Below are positions 54,611 to 64,000 of a stretch of DNA of 64,000 nucleotides, one piece after another (within the stretch, counting starts at the first letter, position 1; every line of letters starts with the position of its first letter). Made by a program: the position numbers and the translations under genes. The notes below the pieces were generated by a model. The model did no database searches. It was not told where the DNA came from and saw only the letters and a list, made by a program, of their open reading frames with translations. The DNA comes from Bacteroidota bacterium. GTDB lineage: Bacteria > Bacteroidota > Bacteroidia > Bacteroidales > VadinHA17. The DNA lies in the NCBI GenBank assembly GCA_022561875.1, contig JADFQJ010000003.1, positions 56,397 to 120,396 on the forward strand, written 5' to 3'.

Positions 54611-55447
54611 TCACCCCCCCATGGCAGAAAATCCGCCTTCTTTACGAATACTGGCACTTGGATTTATGCACATTACAGGAATGCCTTCCGGATTAGCAAG
54701 GATATTCTGCTCATTTGCTCCAAAGGCATAATCAGCAACACCAATATCCCGGGTTGCCATAATCAGAATAAGGTCAGCATTTATTTCTTTGGCGTGACTT
54801 AATGTTCCTTTCCAGAATTTTGTTTTTGCAGGTGCAGTGTGTATTTCAAATTCTACATTTCTTGAAGTGAGATATTTTTTTGCAAAAACCATATTTGAAT
54901 TAATACGCCTCTTAAAAGCCTTGTCCTTAATATCCTGTTTTATCAGGAAGAATTTTGATTGGTAATGTTTTGCAAGATAATTTACCCACTGGTTTTTCTC
55001 CTTATTTTCAACTTTAAAGTCAATGGGGAAGACGATCTTTTTAAATTTTTTCGACTTCGGAGGTTCCTGAACAATAATAAAAGGAACTTCTGAATGTACG
55101 ATAACCTTAAGCGCCCAACTGCCGGTTAGTTTCTGCATACCTTTAATGCCATGAGTTCCCATAATAACCAGACTGGCATTAGTTTCTTTTGCTGCCTTAC
55201 CAATAGCAGTAAAAATACTGCCTGTTTTTACTACTACTTTTGGCCTACGAAAGTGCTTTTTAAAAGTATTACCGGCAATTTCGTTGCATTTTTCCAATGC
55301 GGTATCATACTTCGATTCATTATCGATAATATGAACCATGGTAATATCATTACCTGTGTTTTCTGCAACTAAAATTGCATGTTGAAGCGCATAGTCGGCA
55401 ACTTCAGTAAAATCATGCGGAACTAAAATAGTTTGTCGTTTTTCCAT
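54611..55447 (-). CDS. tandem universal stress protein (UspA family)
   Basis: Two USP halves (ILVPHDFTEVADYAL...LVIMGTHG and FPIDF...LILIMATRD). Confidence 0.8.
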   Translation of the reverse strand: MEKRQTILVPHDFTEVADYALQHAILVAENTGNDITMVHIIDNESKYDTALEKCNEIAGNTFKKHFRRPKVVVKTGSIFTAIGKAAKETNASLVIMGTHGIKGMQKLTGSWALKVIVHSEVPFIIVQEPPKSKKFKKIVFPIDFKVENKEKNQWVNYLAKHYQSKFFLIKQDIKDKAFKRRINSNMVFAKKYLTSRNVEFEIHTAPAKTKFWKGTLSHAKEINADLILIMATRDIGVADYAFGANEQNILANPEGIPVMCINPSASIRKEGGFSAMGG

Positions 55448-55532
55448 ATCAAAAAATTATTTGAATTTCGAAATCAACAATTTTTGCTATATTTATGAAA
55501 TGCTGAGAAATCCACTACGAGTATACTAAGAT

Positions 55533-57422
55533 ATGAAATTTTTGAGAAAAACATATAAAATCTTACTAATTTTCTCTTTTTCGGGTCTTTTTTTACCAGG
55601 TTATTCATCATTACAAGTACCTGAAGAACAACAGATACCGGTTCCTTTGCTTAATAAGCTTGTTTTGGGAAATGATTCTGTTTATTTCAGTGACGGGAAT
55701 TGGACTTCGGGAAATTTTTACATTGATCATGGAATTTATACCATATCTCCCATTCCATATTTTTTAAATTCCATATTTTTTGAGTTCAAATCATCTGAGA
55801 ATTCAGTTTTCCCATTATATTTCCAGTATTTTCTTGAAGGTTTTGACGATGACTGGCTCAATATTACTTCATATAATATTAAGGAGTATTCTAACCTGGA
55901 TGAAGGAGAATACACAATTCGTGTCCGGAATTTATCAGCTTCGGGAGAAGCAGGCAAAACGTTTTCTTTGAATTTCAGGATTAAACCTCCTGTTTACAGG
56001 ACAAAAATTGCCTATTCCATTTATTTTGTTTTTGTTGTTTTAGTACTGTGGGCTATAATTCAGGCCAGAACTTTCCAGTTTGCAAAAGAGAGGTATGAAT
56101 TAGAAAGAATTATAAATGAGCGAACAGAAGAGATGGTAAAGGAAATGGATAAGTCTGATAATTTACTGGCAAATGTTTTACCAAAAGACACTGCAGATGA
56201 ATTGAAATCAAAAGGGAAAGTTTCAAAGAGAAAATATAAAATGGCCACTGTCTTGTTTTCAGATATCCAGGGATTTACAAAGATTGCAGAGGAGATGAAT
56301 CCGGAAAAGCTTATTGATGAACTCGATACTTTTTTCTTTCATTTTGATTCAGTTGTAGAGAAGTATAATATTGAAAAAATAAAAACTATTGGGGATGCCT
56401 ATATGTGCGCTGGAGGTATTCCCGATAAAAACAGGACAAACCCGGTTGAAGTGGTACTGGCAGCTATTGAAATGCAGGAATATATGAAGAAGTTAAAAAA
56501 GACGGCAGAAATTCGAAATCAAAATTTTTGGGATATCAGGATTGGGATACATACAGGACCGGTAATTGCCGGCGTTGTTGGTCAAAAAAAATTATCTTAT
56601 GATATCTGGGGTGATACGGTAAATACAGCAAGCCGGATGGAATCTTCAGGGGAACCGGGGAAAGTAAATATTTCCGGAACAACATATGAAATGGTAAAGA
56701 AATTTTTTATTTGTGAGTACAGGGGTAAAATGCCCGTTAAGTATAAGGGTGAGATTGACATGTATTTTGTAAATGGTGTTCGGCCTGAACTGTCGATTGA
56801 TATGAAGGGATTACCAAATAAAAAATTCAGGACCAGACTGCAGCTTCTGAGACTTACGGATGTTGAAGAAGATCTGCTTATGAAGCTGGAAAATGGTCTG
56901 CCGGACAATCTTAGTTTCCACAATTTGAAACATACGGTAAATGTATCAACACAAGTTGAGCTTATTGGCAGGGCTGAAGGAATATCTGATGAAGAAATAA
57001 TACTTGTACAGACAGCCGGCCTTTTTCATGATTCTGGCTTTCTTGATGGTTATGAAAATTATAAACAGACAAGTTGTTATTATGCCCGCGATATGCTGCC
57101 AAAATACGGGTATTCAGAGAATCAGATTGAGGATGTTTGCAAACTTATTATGTCTGCCCGGATGCATGTTTCATCCGGTAACAAGCTGGAGGAAATACTT
57201 TGTGATGCAAATCTTATGTATTTAGGCAGGGTTGATTGTATTCAAATGATGAAAAATCTGGCGAAAGAAATGGTTGATAATAATGTTCTCTCATCTGAAA
57301 AGGAGTGGTTTGAGAAACAAATAGAATTCATAAAAGATCACGAATTCTTTACTGCCACTGCCAGGGCTCTCAGAGAGGTTTCAAAGGAAGAACAGAGAAA
57401 GAAAATGGAAGAGCTTATTTAG
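55533..57422 (+). CDS. membrane sensor: periplasmic Y_Y_Y domain, TM helix, class III adenylate cyclase, HD domain
   Basis: Y_Y_Y signature YFQYFLEGFDDDW...YSNLDEGEYTIRVR...KPPVYRT, followed by a TM helix. Cyclase motifs VLFSDIQGFT, IKTIGDAYMC and YDIWGDTVNTASRMES. HD motifs HNLKHTVNV, GLFHDSGF and CDANLMYLG. Confidence 0.8.
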   Translation: MKFLRKTYKILLIFSFSGLFLPGYSSLQVPEEQQIPVPLLNKLVLGNDSVYFSDGNWTSGNFYIDHGIYTISPIPYFLNSIFFEFKSSENSVFPLYFQYFLEGFDDDWLNITSYNIKEYSNLDEGEYTIRVRNLSASGEAGKTFSLNFRIKPPVYRTKIAYSIYFVFVVLVLWAIIQARTFQFAKERYELERIINERTEEMVKEMDKSDNLLANVLPKDTADELKSKGKVSKRKYKMATVLFSDIQGFTKIAEEMNPEKLIDELDTFFFHFDSVVEKYNIEKIKTIGDAYMCAGGIPDKNRTNPVEVVLAAIEMQEYMKKLKKTAEIRNQNFWDIRIGIHTGPVIAGVVGQKKLSYDIWGDTVNTASRMESSGEPGKVNISGTTYEMVKKFFICEYRGKMPVKYKGEIDMYFVNGVRPELSIDMKGLPNKKFRTRLQLLRLTDVEEDLLMKLENGLPDNLSFHNLKHTVNVSTQVELIGRAEGISDEEIILVQTAGLFHDSGFLDGYENYKQTSCYYARDMLPKYGYSENQIEDVCKLIMSARMHVSSGNKLEEILCDANLMYLGRVDCIQMMKNLAKEMVDNNVLSSEKEWFEKQIEFIKDHEFFTATARALREVSKEEQRKKMEELI

Positions 57423-57699
57423 TGCCCGTCTATAAAGTCCGAAAGTTTATATAAATATTAAAAATCACAAATGACAAGCACCAAAACACAAATAAATCTC
57501 AATGACCCAAATCACAATATTCAAAGCTGTTTCGGTCATTTGGTAATTGATATTTGGAATTTATTTGTTATTTGTTTTTTGTTATTTGGTGCTTTGTTTA
57601 CGAAAATGCTTGACTTTATGGACAGACACTATTTAGACTGCAAGAAAGGTGAGTAGTTGAGTAAGAGGAGTAGAGAAGCAAATGAGTAAATGATAAAAT

Positions 57700-57821
57700 G
57701 TGCGAAGAGATGAACTTTACGAAAAGCCGGGAGAGATTGCTTCACTTCGTTCGCAAAATCCGTAAACTTTTTATGCTTTAGGGGTATGCATAAGTTGTAA
57801 CCGGAATATGAACTCTGAAAG
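57700..57821 (-). repeat. interspersed ~90-120 bp repeat, copy 2 (inverted)
   Basis: The reverse complement reads ...TTCCGGTTACAACTTATGCATACCCCTAAAGCATAAAAAGTTTACGGATTTTGCGAACGAAGTGAAGCAATCTCTCCCGGCTTTTCGTAAAGTTCATC. Confidence 0.85.
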
Positions 57822-57889
57822 CTAATAAATACGAAATATTATAATAATTAATTTATTTTTGGCCTGCGATTTAAAATCAAGTATAAATC

Positions 57890-58909
57890 ATGAAAAATAT
57901 TGACTGGAAAAACTTACCATTTGGGTATCAAAAAACAGATTATAATATTCGGTGTTATTTCAAAGATGGTAAATGGGGAGAACCGGAGGTCTCTTCATCA
58001 GAATATATTAAAATGCATATTGCCGCTACAGCATTGCATTATGGACAGGAAGCATTTGAGGGGATGAAAGCTTTTCGGGGGAAAGACGGAAAAATCCGGT
58101 TGTTTCGCTGGGAGGAAAACTCAAAGAGACTTAATAATTCTGCAAAAGGAATCAAACTTGCTGAAGTACCCCGGGAACTTTTTAAAGAAGTTGTATTTAA
58201 AGTTGTGAAGTTAAACGAGAAACATATTCCCCCTTACGGCTCAGGTGCTTCACTGTACATTCGCCCTCTGCTTTTCGGATCAGGCCCCCGTATTGGAGTA
58301 AAGCCATCTTCGGAGTATACATTTATAGTTTTTGTTACTCCGGTAGGCCCATATTTCAAAGGCGGGATAAAACCGGTTGACATATTGCTTTGCCGGGATT
58401 ATGACCGGGCTGCTCCGTTGGGGACAGGCCATATAAAAGTTGGAGGAAACTACGCTGCGAGCCTCGACCCAATTGAAAAGGCTCATAGTAAGGGTTTTGC
58501 AAATATTGTGTTTTTAGATGCTAAAGAGAAAAAATATATTGACGAATGTGGTCCGGCAAATTTCTTTGGCATAAAAGGAAATACTTATGTAACACCCGAT
58601 TCGCCTTCGATATTGCCTTCGATAACAAATAAGAGCCTTATACAGCTTGCTGAAGATATGGGATTAAAAACAGAACGCAGAAAAATTCCTGTTGAGGAAC
58701 TGGATTCTTTTGATGAGGCGGGAGCATGTGGAACGGCTGCTGTAATTAGCCCCATTAAATCTATATCAGACCCCGCAAGAAATAAAATTTATAAATTTTG
58801 CAAGGATGATAATCCGGGACCGATTTCAATGAAATTGTATGAAAAATTGATTGCTATTCAAAATGGTGATGAACCTGATTTACACGGGTGGGTTGAGGTG
58901 GTGGAATGA
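57890..58909 (+). CDS. ilvE: branched-chain amino acid aminotransferase
   Basis: 339 aa, class IV aminotransferase pattern (QEAFEGMKAF, YIRPL, catalytic-Lys region GHIKVGGNYA, GTAAVISPI). Confidence 0.9.
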   Translation: MKNIDWKNLPFGYQKTDYNIRCYFKDGKWGEPEVSSSEYIKMHIAATALHYGQEAFEGMKAFRGKDGKIRLFRWEENSKRLNNSAKGIKLAEVPRELFKEVVFKVVKLNEKHIPPYGSGASLYIRPLLFGSGPRIGVKPSSEYTFIVFVTPVGPYFKGGIKPVDILLCRDYDRAAPLGTGHIKVGGNYAASLDPIEKAHSKGFANIVFLDAKEKKYIDECGPANFFGIKGNTYVTPDSPSILPSITNKSLIQLAEDMGLKTERRKIPVEELDSFDEAGACGTAAVISPIKSISDPARNKIYKFCKDDNPGPISMKLYEKLIAIQNGDEPDLHGWVEVVE

Positions 58910-58944
58910 GGATAAACACTTACGACAAATTAAAATTGATACAA

Positions 58945-58980
58945 CACTAGTAACGAGCAATTAGTAACTTGAATTAATTA
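58945..58980 (+). repeat. second copy of the CTAGTAACGAGCAA.TAG.AACTTGAATTAATTA module
   Basis: Its 35-nt core ACTAGTAACGAGCAATTAGTAACTTGAATTAATTA differs from the copy in 47165-47200 at 2 positions. It ends 5 nt before the ftsX ATG. Confidence 0.85.
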
Positions 58981-58985
58981 AAGGA

Positions 58986-59864
58986 ATGGGAGAAAAAAAA
59001 CCGAAAACTACCAGAAGAAAATTAAGGAGTTCATATATTTCATCGGTTATTAGTATTTCTCTGGTGCTTTTTTTACTTGGAATTTTAGGGCTGCTTATTC
59101 TTAACGCACATAAACTTTCGGTTTATGTGAAAGAAAATATCAGTTTTTCAGTGATAATTAACGATCAGGTAAAAGAAATTGAGATAAAAAAATTGCAAAA
59201 AGAACTGGATGCTTCCAATTATATTAAATCGACTGAATATATATCAAAAGAAACTGCAGCCAGGGAACTACAGGAAGATCTTGGTGAGGATTTTATTGAT
59301 TTTCTGGGATATAATCCACTGTTAGCGTCCATTGATGTTTATCTTTATGCGGATTTTGCTAACCCGGACAGTATAAGTTTAATTGAGGAGGATCTGTTAT
59401 CTTATCCGATGGTGAAGGAAGTCTTTTATCAGGAATCTTTGATACATTTAATCAATGAGAATGTGAGAAAAATCGGAGTATTCCTTCTGGCATTCAGTGG
59501 GTTATTGTTTCTCATCGCCATAACATTGATCAATAATACTATAAGACTTTCAGTTTATTCAAAACGTTTTATTATTCATACTATGCAATTGGTTGGTGCA
59601 ACAAGAGCTTTTATACGATGGCCATTTCTTGCTAAAAGCGCTTTGCATGGAATACTTGGAGGGCTATGTGCTTTAATATTACTGACAGGACTGCTCTCGG
59701 TTATACAAAAAGAATTTATGGAAATTATCAGCTTGCGGGATGCCGATATAGTAGCAATTCTTTTCACCGGGATCATCGTTATGGGCCTTATCCTGAACTG
59801 GTTTTCGACATATTTTGCAGTAAATAAATATCTCAGGATGGAAGAGGACGAATTGTATTATTAA
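58986..59864 (+). CDS. ftsX: cell division protein FtsX
   Basis: 292 aa with 4 TM helices. FtsX topology and synteny with DUF3098-uppP-truB. Confidence 0.8.
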   Translation: MGEKKPKTTRRKLRSSYISSVISISLVLFLLGILGLLILNAHKLSVYVKENISFSVIINDQVKEIEIKKLQKELDASNYIKSTEYISKETAARELQEDLGEDFIDFLGYNPLLASIDVYLYADFANPDSISLIEEDLLSYPMVKEVFYQESLIHLINENVRKIGVFLLAFSGLLFLIAITLINNTIRLSVYSKRFIIHTMQLVGATRAFIRWPFLAKSALHGILGGLCALILLTGLLSVIQKEFMEIISLRDADIVAILFTGIIVMGLILNWFSTYFAVNKYLRMEEDELYY

Positions 59865-59876
59865 ACTAAAATCATT

Positions 59877-60131
59877 ATGACAATAAAGGACAAAAATGAG
59901 CAGACAAATTCCGGGTTTGCTTTAGGCCGGGAAAATTACATATTATTAATTATTGGACTCGTAATTATTATAACAGGCTTTCTTCTTATGATTGGAGGAA
60001 AGGCAGAAAATCCTGATGAGTTTCACCCGGAGGAGATATTTAGTTTCAGAAGAATAACCCTGGCTCCGATTATCGTTTTATTCGGATTTGTTTTTGAAAT
60101 TTGGGCTATTATGAAGAAGCCGAAGAAGTAG
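59877..60131 (+). CDS. DUF3098 domain-containing small membrane protein
   Basis: 84 aa, two TM helices, in the conserved position after ftsX in Bacteroidota. Confidence 0.65.
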   Translation: MTIKDKNEQTNSGFALGRENYILLIIGLVIIITGFLLMIGGKAENPDEFHPEEIFSFRRITLAPIIVLFGFVFEIWAIMKKPKK

Positions 60132-60392
60132 GGAGTAAAAAGACAAAAGGCAGAAGGCAAAAAAAATGAATGCCACAAAACACTAAGACACAAAATTGCA
60201 CAAATAATATTATAATTCGTGCATTCGTGGCTTATTGTATTATCGGAGTGGACTCAACTTTTAACATTTAACGTATAACCCTTTGGAATGATGAACGGTG
60301 ATTGTTGAATGATGAAGTTTACATTGAACTTTTGAACTCTTTGGAAGAATTTATTATGATAATGTATTTTCAAAACAAACTCACATTTTGTT

Positions 60393-61175
60393 ATGAACTG
60401 GTTTGAGGCTCTCCTATTAGGGTTAATACAGGGACTTACCGAGTTTTTGCCTGTAAGCAGCAGCGGACATTTGGAACTGGGTAAACATTTTCTGCAAATA
60501 GAAGCCGAACAAAGTTTAAGTTTTACAATAGCTGTTCATGGTGCTACTGTGTTAAGCGCTATAGTTGTGTTTCGGAAAGAGATTAGCAGGCTGTTTGCAG
60601 GGTTTATCACGTTCAGGTGGAATGATGAAAATGAATATATCCTGAAAATATTAATATCAATAATCCCCGTGGGGATTCTCGGGTTATTCTTTGAGGAGGA
60701 AATAAAACAATTTTTTACCGGGAATATTGTTTTTGTGGGTGCTATGCTCCTGGTTACAGCTACTCTGTTATCCTTTACTTATTTTGCAAAATCCAAGGAG
60801 AAAAATATTTCATTCATTGATGCTTTTATCATTGGAATCGCACAGGCATTGGCCGTTTTACCGGGTATTTCCAGATCAGGGTCAACAATAGCAACCGGTT
60901 TAATGCTTGGAAATAAGAAAAAGGATATGGCACAATTTTCATTTTTAATGGTGCTCATTCCTGTAATAGGAGCAAATTTGAAGGATGTTTTATCCGGTGA
61001 GTTTTCAGAATCCGGGAATATTGGTGTTATACCTCTTGGTATTGGTTTTATTGCAGCATTTGCCTCCGGGCTTCTGGCATGTAAATGGATGATTAATCTT
61101 GTTAAACGGAAAAAATTGATTAATTTTGCAATTTATTGCGCGATTATTGGTTTATTGGCAATATTATTAGGATAA
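60393..61175 (+). CDS. uppP: undecaprenyl-diphosphate phosphatase
   Basis: LLGLIQGLTEFLPVSSSGHL and PGISRSGSTI motifs. Confidence 0.95.
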   Translation: MNWFEALLLGLIQGLTEFLPVSSSGHLELGKHFLQIEAEQSLSFTIAVHGATVLSAIVVFRKEISRLFAGFITFRWNDENEYILKILISIIPVGILGLFFEEEIKQFFTGNIVFVGAMLLVTATLLSFTYFAKSKEKNISFIDAFIIGIAQALAVLPGISRSGSTIATGLMLGNKKKDMAQFSFLMVLIPVIGANLKDVLSGEFSESGNIGVIPLGIGFIAAFASGLLACKWMINLVKRKKLINFAIYCAIIGLLAILLG

Positions 61176-61867
61176 TGTTTCGGGCAGGAAAAAATGATTT
61201 CCAGGAAGGGCAGGTACTAATATTTTCTAAACCTTATCAGTGGACATCTTTCGATTTGGTTAAAAAGATTAAGGTAATACTAAAAGCAAAACTTAACCGG
61301 AATATTAAGATAGGACATGCCGGGACCCTAGATCCGTTAGCAACAGGACTAATTGTTTTATGTACCGGAAAAGCTACAAAAAGAATCTCCGTGTTTCAGG
61401 ACTTGAACAAAGAATATATTGCAACAATTGAATTGGGAAAAACAACTCCGTCGTTTGATCTTGAAACGAGAGTTGATAAAGAATATGAATTCGAACATAT
61501 AACCAAAGATCTTTTTAAATCGGTTCTTACAACTTTTACAGGAGAAACTGACCAGGTGCCACCTGTCTATTCAGCAAAGAAGTATAAAGGCAAAAAAGCA
61601 TATGAATATGCACGTAAGGGTGAAGAAATTGAACTTAAGCCCAGCAGGATTAATATTTATGAATTAAAGTTATTGGAATTTGATCTTCCTGTCGTAAAAC
61701 TCAGAATACTCTGTAGTAAGGGAACCTATATCCGTGCTTTAGCAAGGGATATTGGTAAAGCCCTTAATAGTGGAGCATACCTTATAGCATTGGTGAGAAC
61801 ACGAATTGGGCAGTATGAATTAAAAGATGCTTATACAATAGATAGTTTTGAAAAAGAACACATATAA
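61175..61867 (+). CDS. truB: tRNA pseudouridine(55) synthase
   Basis: GHAGTLDPLATGLIVLCTG catalytic Asp motif. Start set at the ATG of the TAATG overlap with the uppP stop. Confidence 0.9.
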   Translation: MFRAGKNDFQEGQVLIFSKPYQWTSFDLVKKIKVILKAKLNRNIKIGHAGTLDPLATGLIVLCTGKATKRISVFQDLNKEYIATIELGKTTPSFDLETRVDKEYEFEHITKDLFKSVLTTFTGETDQVPPVYSAKKYKGKKAYEYARKGEEIELKPSRINIYELKLLEFDLPVVKLRILCSKGTYIRALARDIGKALNSGAYLIALVRTRIGQYELKDAYTIDSFEKEHI

Positions 61868-61938
61868 GAGTGAAATGCGATAATATCGGAAACAGATACT
61901 TTTCAGACCGAACTCAACTATAAAAAAACCACAAGCCG

Positions 61939-62994
61939 ATGAAAATGAAATTGTCTCAGTTTAAGTATGACTTGCCTTCAAATCTGATTGCAATGTATCC
62001 TGCAAAAAATCGTGATGAATCCCGTCTCATGGTTATGTACCGGAATACCGGAAAGATTGAACACAAAATATTTAAGGATATTATTAGTTATTTTGAGGAT
62101 AAAGACATACTTGTATTTAACAATACTAAAGTCTTTCCCGCCAGGTTGTATGGGAACAAAGAAAAAACCGGAGCTGAGATTGAAGTATTTTTATTAAGAG
62201 AGCTTAATAAGGAACAACGGCTCTGGGATGTTCTTGTTGATCCGGCAAGAAAAATAAGGATTGGAAATAAACTTTATTTTGGTGAAGAAGGAATTCTAAT
62301 TGCGGAAGTGATAGATAATACAACATCTCGGGGACGTACACTGAGATTTTTGTATGACGGATCATATGAAGAGTTTAAGAAAACACTGTATAGTCTGGGA
62401 GAAACCCCGTTGCCGAGATTTATTAAAAGAGGAGTGGAGCCGGAAGACAAGGAAAGATATCAGACAATTTATGCAAAACATGAAGGAGCAGTTGCAGCGC
62501 CAACAGCGGGAATGCATTTCAGTAAACAACTGTTAAAGCGATTTGAGATTAAGGGAATTGAATTTGCCGAGATCACACTGCATGTAGGTTTAGGAAATTT
62601 CAGGTCGGTTGAGGTAGAAGATTTGACTAAACATAAGATGGATTCCGAGGAGATTCAAATCTCAGAGGAAGCAGTCCAAATTGTAAATGGCGCTAAAAAA
62701 AGGAAAAGCGACATCTGTTATGTCGGGACAACAGTTATGAGAGCGCTTGAAAGCTCTATGTCAACAACCGGTTACCTTAAACCTTTTGAAGGCTGGACAA
62801 ACAGGTTTATTTTTCCGCCCTACCAATTCAAGATACCAACAAGAATGGTTAGTAATTTTCATCTGCCTTATTCCACCTTGCTAATGATGGTTTCTGCCTT
62901 TGCAGGATTTGACTTCCTGTTTAAAGCGTATAAAGTTGCCATTGAAGAAAATTACAGGTTTGGAACTTACGGAGATGCGATGTTGATTATTTAA
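61939..62994 (+). CDS. queA: tRNA preQ1(34) S-adenosylmethionine ribosyltransferase-isomerase
   Basis: [48 protein letters not shown]. Confidence 0.95.
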   Translation: MKMKLSQFKYDLPSNLIAMYPAKNRDESRLMVMYRNTGKIEHKIFKDIISYFEDKDILVFNNTKVFPARLYGNKEKTGAEIEVFLLRELNKEQRLWDVLVDPARKIRIGNKLYFGEEGILIAEVIDNTTSRGRTLRFLYDGSYEEFKKTLYSLGETPLPRFIKRGVEPEDKERYQTIYAKHEGAVAAPTAGMHFSKQLLKRFEIKGIEFAEITLHVGLGNFRSVEVEDLTKHKMDSEEIQISEEAVQIVNGAKKRKSDICYVGTTVMRALESSMSTTGYLKPFEGWTNRFIFPPYQFKIPTRMVSNFHLPYSTLLMMVSAFAGFDFLFKAYKVAIEENYRFGTYGDAMLII

Positions 62995-62997
62995 GAA

Positions 62998-63039
62998 GTT
63001 ACGGGTTACGAGTTACGAGTAGTCAATAGTCAATGCCTA
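62998..63039. repeat. heptad array directly after the queA stop
   Basis: GTTACGG GTTACGA GTTACGA GTAGTCA ATAGTCA ATGCCTA. Confidence 0.85.
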
Positions 63040-63099
63040 AGCTCTTACTATCTTTCTTTATTCGAACTTCGAGCATATCAAGTTTCATTTTTCCAAAAG

Positions 63100-63267
63100 G
63101 CTCAAGGTTTGTCATGTGTTTCCTTTTAAGCATTGTAAGTGCCGTGATTTTGCGAACGAAGTGAAGCAATCTTTCTTGACTTTTCGTAAAGTTTATGACA
63201 GTACTTTTTCTTGGTATCTCGGTTACTCTTAGGAGATTGCTTCGTCGCTTCGCTCCTCGCAAAATCC
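63100..63267 (+). repeat. interspersed repeat copy 3 plus an inverted partner of its GATTTTGCGA...GAAGCAATCT core
   Basis: 63146-63172 (GATTTTGCGAACGAAGTGAAGCAATCT) is identical to the copy-2 core. 63233-63267 is its imperfect reverse complement (GAGATTGCTTCGTCGCTTCGCTCCTCGCAAAATCC). Confidence 0.8.
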
Positions 63268-64000
63268 TTTTTCACCCTGTAAAATCCGATTAAAACCGCG
63301 TCCTTTGGAACAAAGCATAATCTTGGATCAAATTCTTTCCCCTTTCCGGTCATTTCTGATTCATCTTTACTTTTGACTTGACCTAATACCTTCTTGTCTC
63401 CTTACCTACTACTTCTTACGAATCTTTACTCTCTTCCCTCCGCTCTTTTCTCCTTCCGGCTTCCAGTTTCGGGTTTCGAACTTCCAGCTTATATCTTCAT
63501 CATTCCAATAGTTCTCAGGGGAGTATCTATGGTACAATATCTCCAGGATGCACTATCCGGAATGATCCAATAAAAAATATTTACATTATAGAGAACAATT
63601 AACACACAATTTCGTAAAATGATAAGATAAATCTAAATCTGTAAGTAAAAACATAATGTCCACAGATTCACTAATTTAAGACTAATTAATATACATCTTT
63701 TTGAGTCATCCAATATTTTCTTTTTATTCGTGCATACGTGATTTATAAAAAAGACTTATTATCACTATTTTAGGAGCCATTTTGATTATTATGACTAAAA
63801 CCCTCGTAAATCTTTTACACAGAAAGGATTTGGTGCAACCATTGTTGCATTAGATAAGTCTTAAAAGATAGTAAAAACAACAGGTTTTTACCTGTAAAAA
63901 ATTATAAATAATGTCATTAATAAATAATAGTCTTACGGTAGCTCCATAACACTATGATATTAATGGCAATTTTTTTTTCATCGACCTTAAAAAAAAAGAG

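Noticed and set aside
57471-57656. 61-aa ORF after the membrane cyclase gene.
   Set aside because: It covers an AT-rich nested inverted repeat with heptad words and has no protein-like composition.
63023-63353. Two overlapping minus-strand ORFs (79 and 75 aa; RGAKRRSNL..., ...IASLRSQ...).
   Set aside because: They lie entirely within the interspersed-repeat copy and its inverted partner. The peptide motifs are what these hairpin repeats encode when translated. There is no start context or family resemblance.

Overview
AT-rich, gene-dense chromosomal segment that looks like Bacteroidota. Supporting this: a T9SS C-terminal sorting domain, a DUF2723 protein, ftsX-DUF3098-uppP-truB-queA synteny, a TAnnTTTG-type promoter box and no obvious Shine-Dalgarno sites. 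I support about 55 protein genes, mostly housekeeping: pepE, tyrS, efp, tsaB, fbaA, recO, rdgB, ilvE, ftsX, uppP, truB, queA, nucleoside kinases. There are three minus-strand tRNAs: Arg-CCT, Gln-TTG and Asn-GTT. I found no rRNA, CRISPR array, integrase, transposase or recognisable defence genes.

The most unusual signal is non-coding. Almost every operon boundary, and several gaps inside operons, holds a mosaic patch of short tandem word arrays. These have a strict 7-nt period, or 8-nt and about 16-nt periods in two other classes. Modules are shared between distant loci, including an exact 25-mer, a 35-mer and a 90-120 bp interspersed element in three copies. Many arrays are arranged as inverted pairs. 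One patch carries a truncated four-helix-bundle (23S rRNA IVS-type) gene. A conserved CACTGAATAGTTA-like box lies at the gene-proximal edge of five patches, always in the orientation of the downstream gene.

Secondary points:
- Abrupt deletion or decay scars: an ECF sigma gene fused to a beta-barrel gene, the truncated four-helix-bundle gene, a PLP-enzyme tail abutting tRNA-Arg, and a decayed receiver domain.
- A TetR / LolA-like / 3x FtsX permease / 1 ATPase / OMP export cluster, with an orphan TolC plus adaptor pair 23 kb away.
- A PspC-PadR-PspC module.
- Two paralogous adenylate-cyclase-HD fusion proteins, one with a Y_Y_Y sensor.

All functional calls come from reading the translated ORFs by eye. 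No database search was run.
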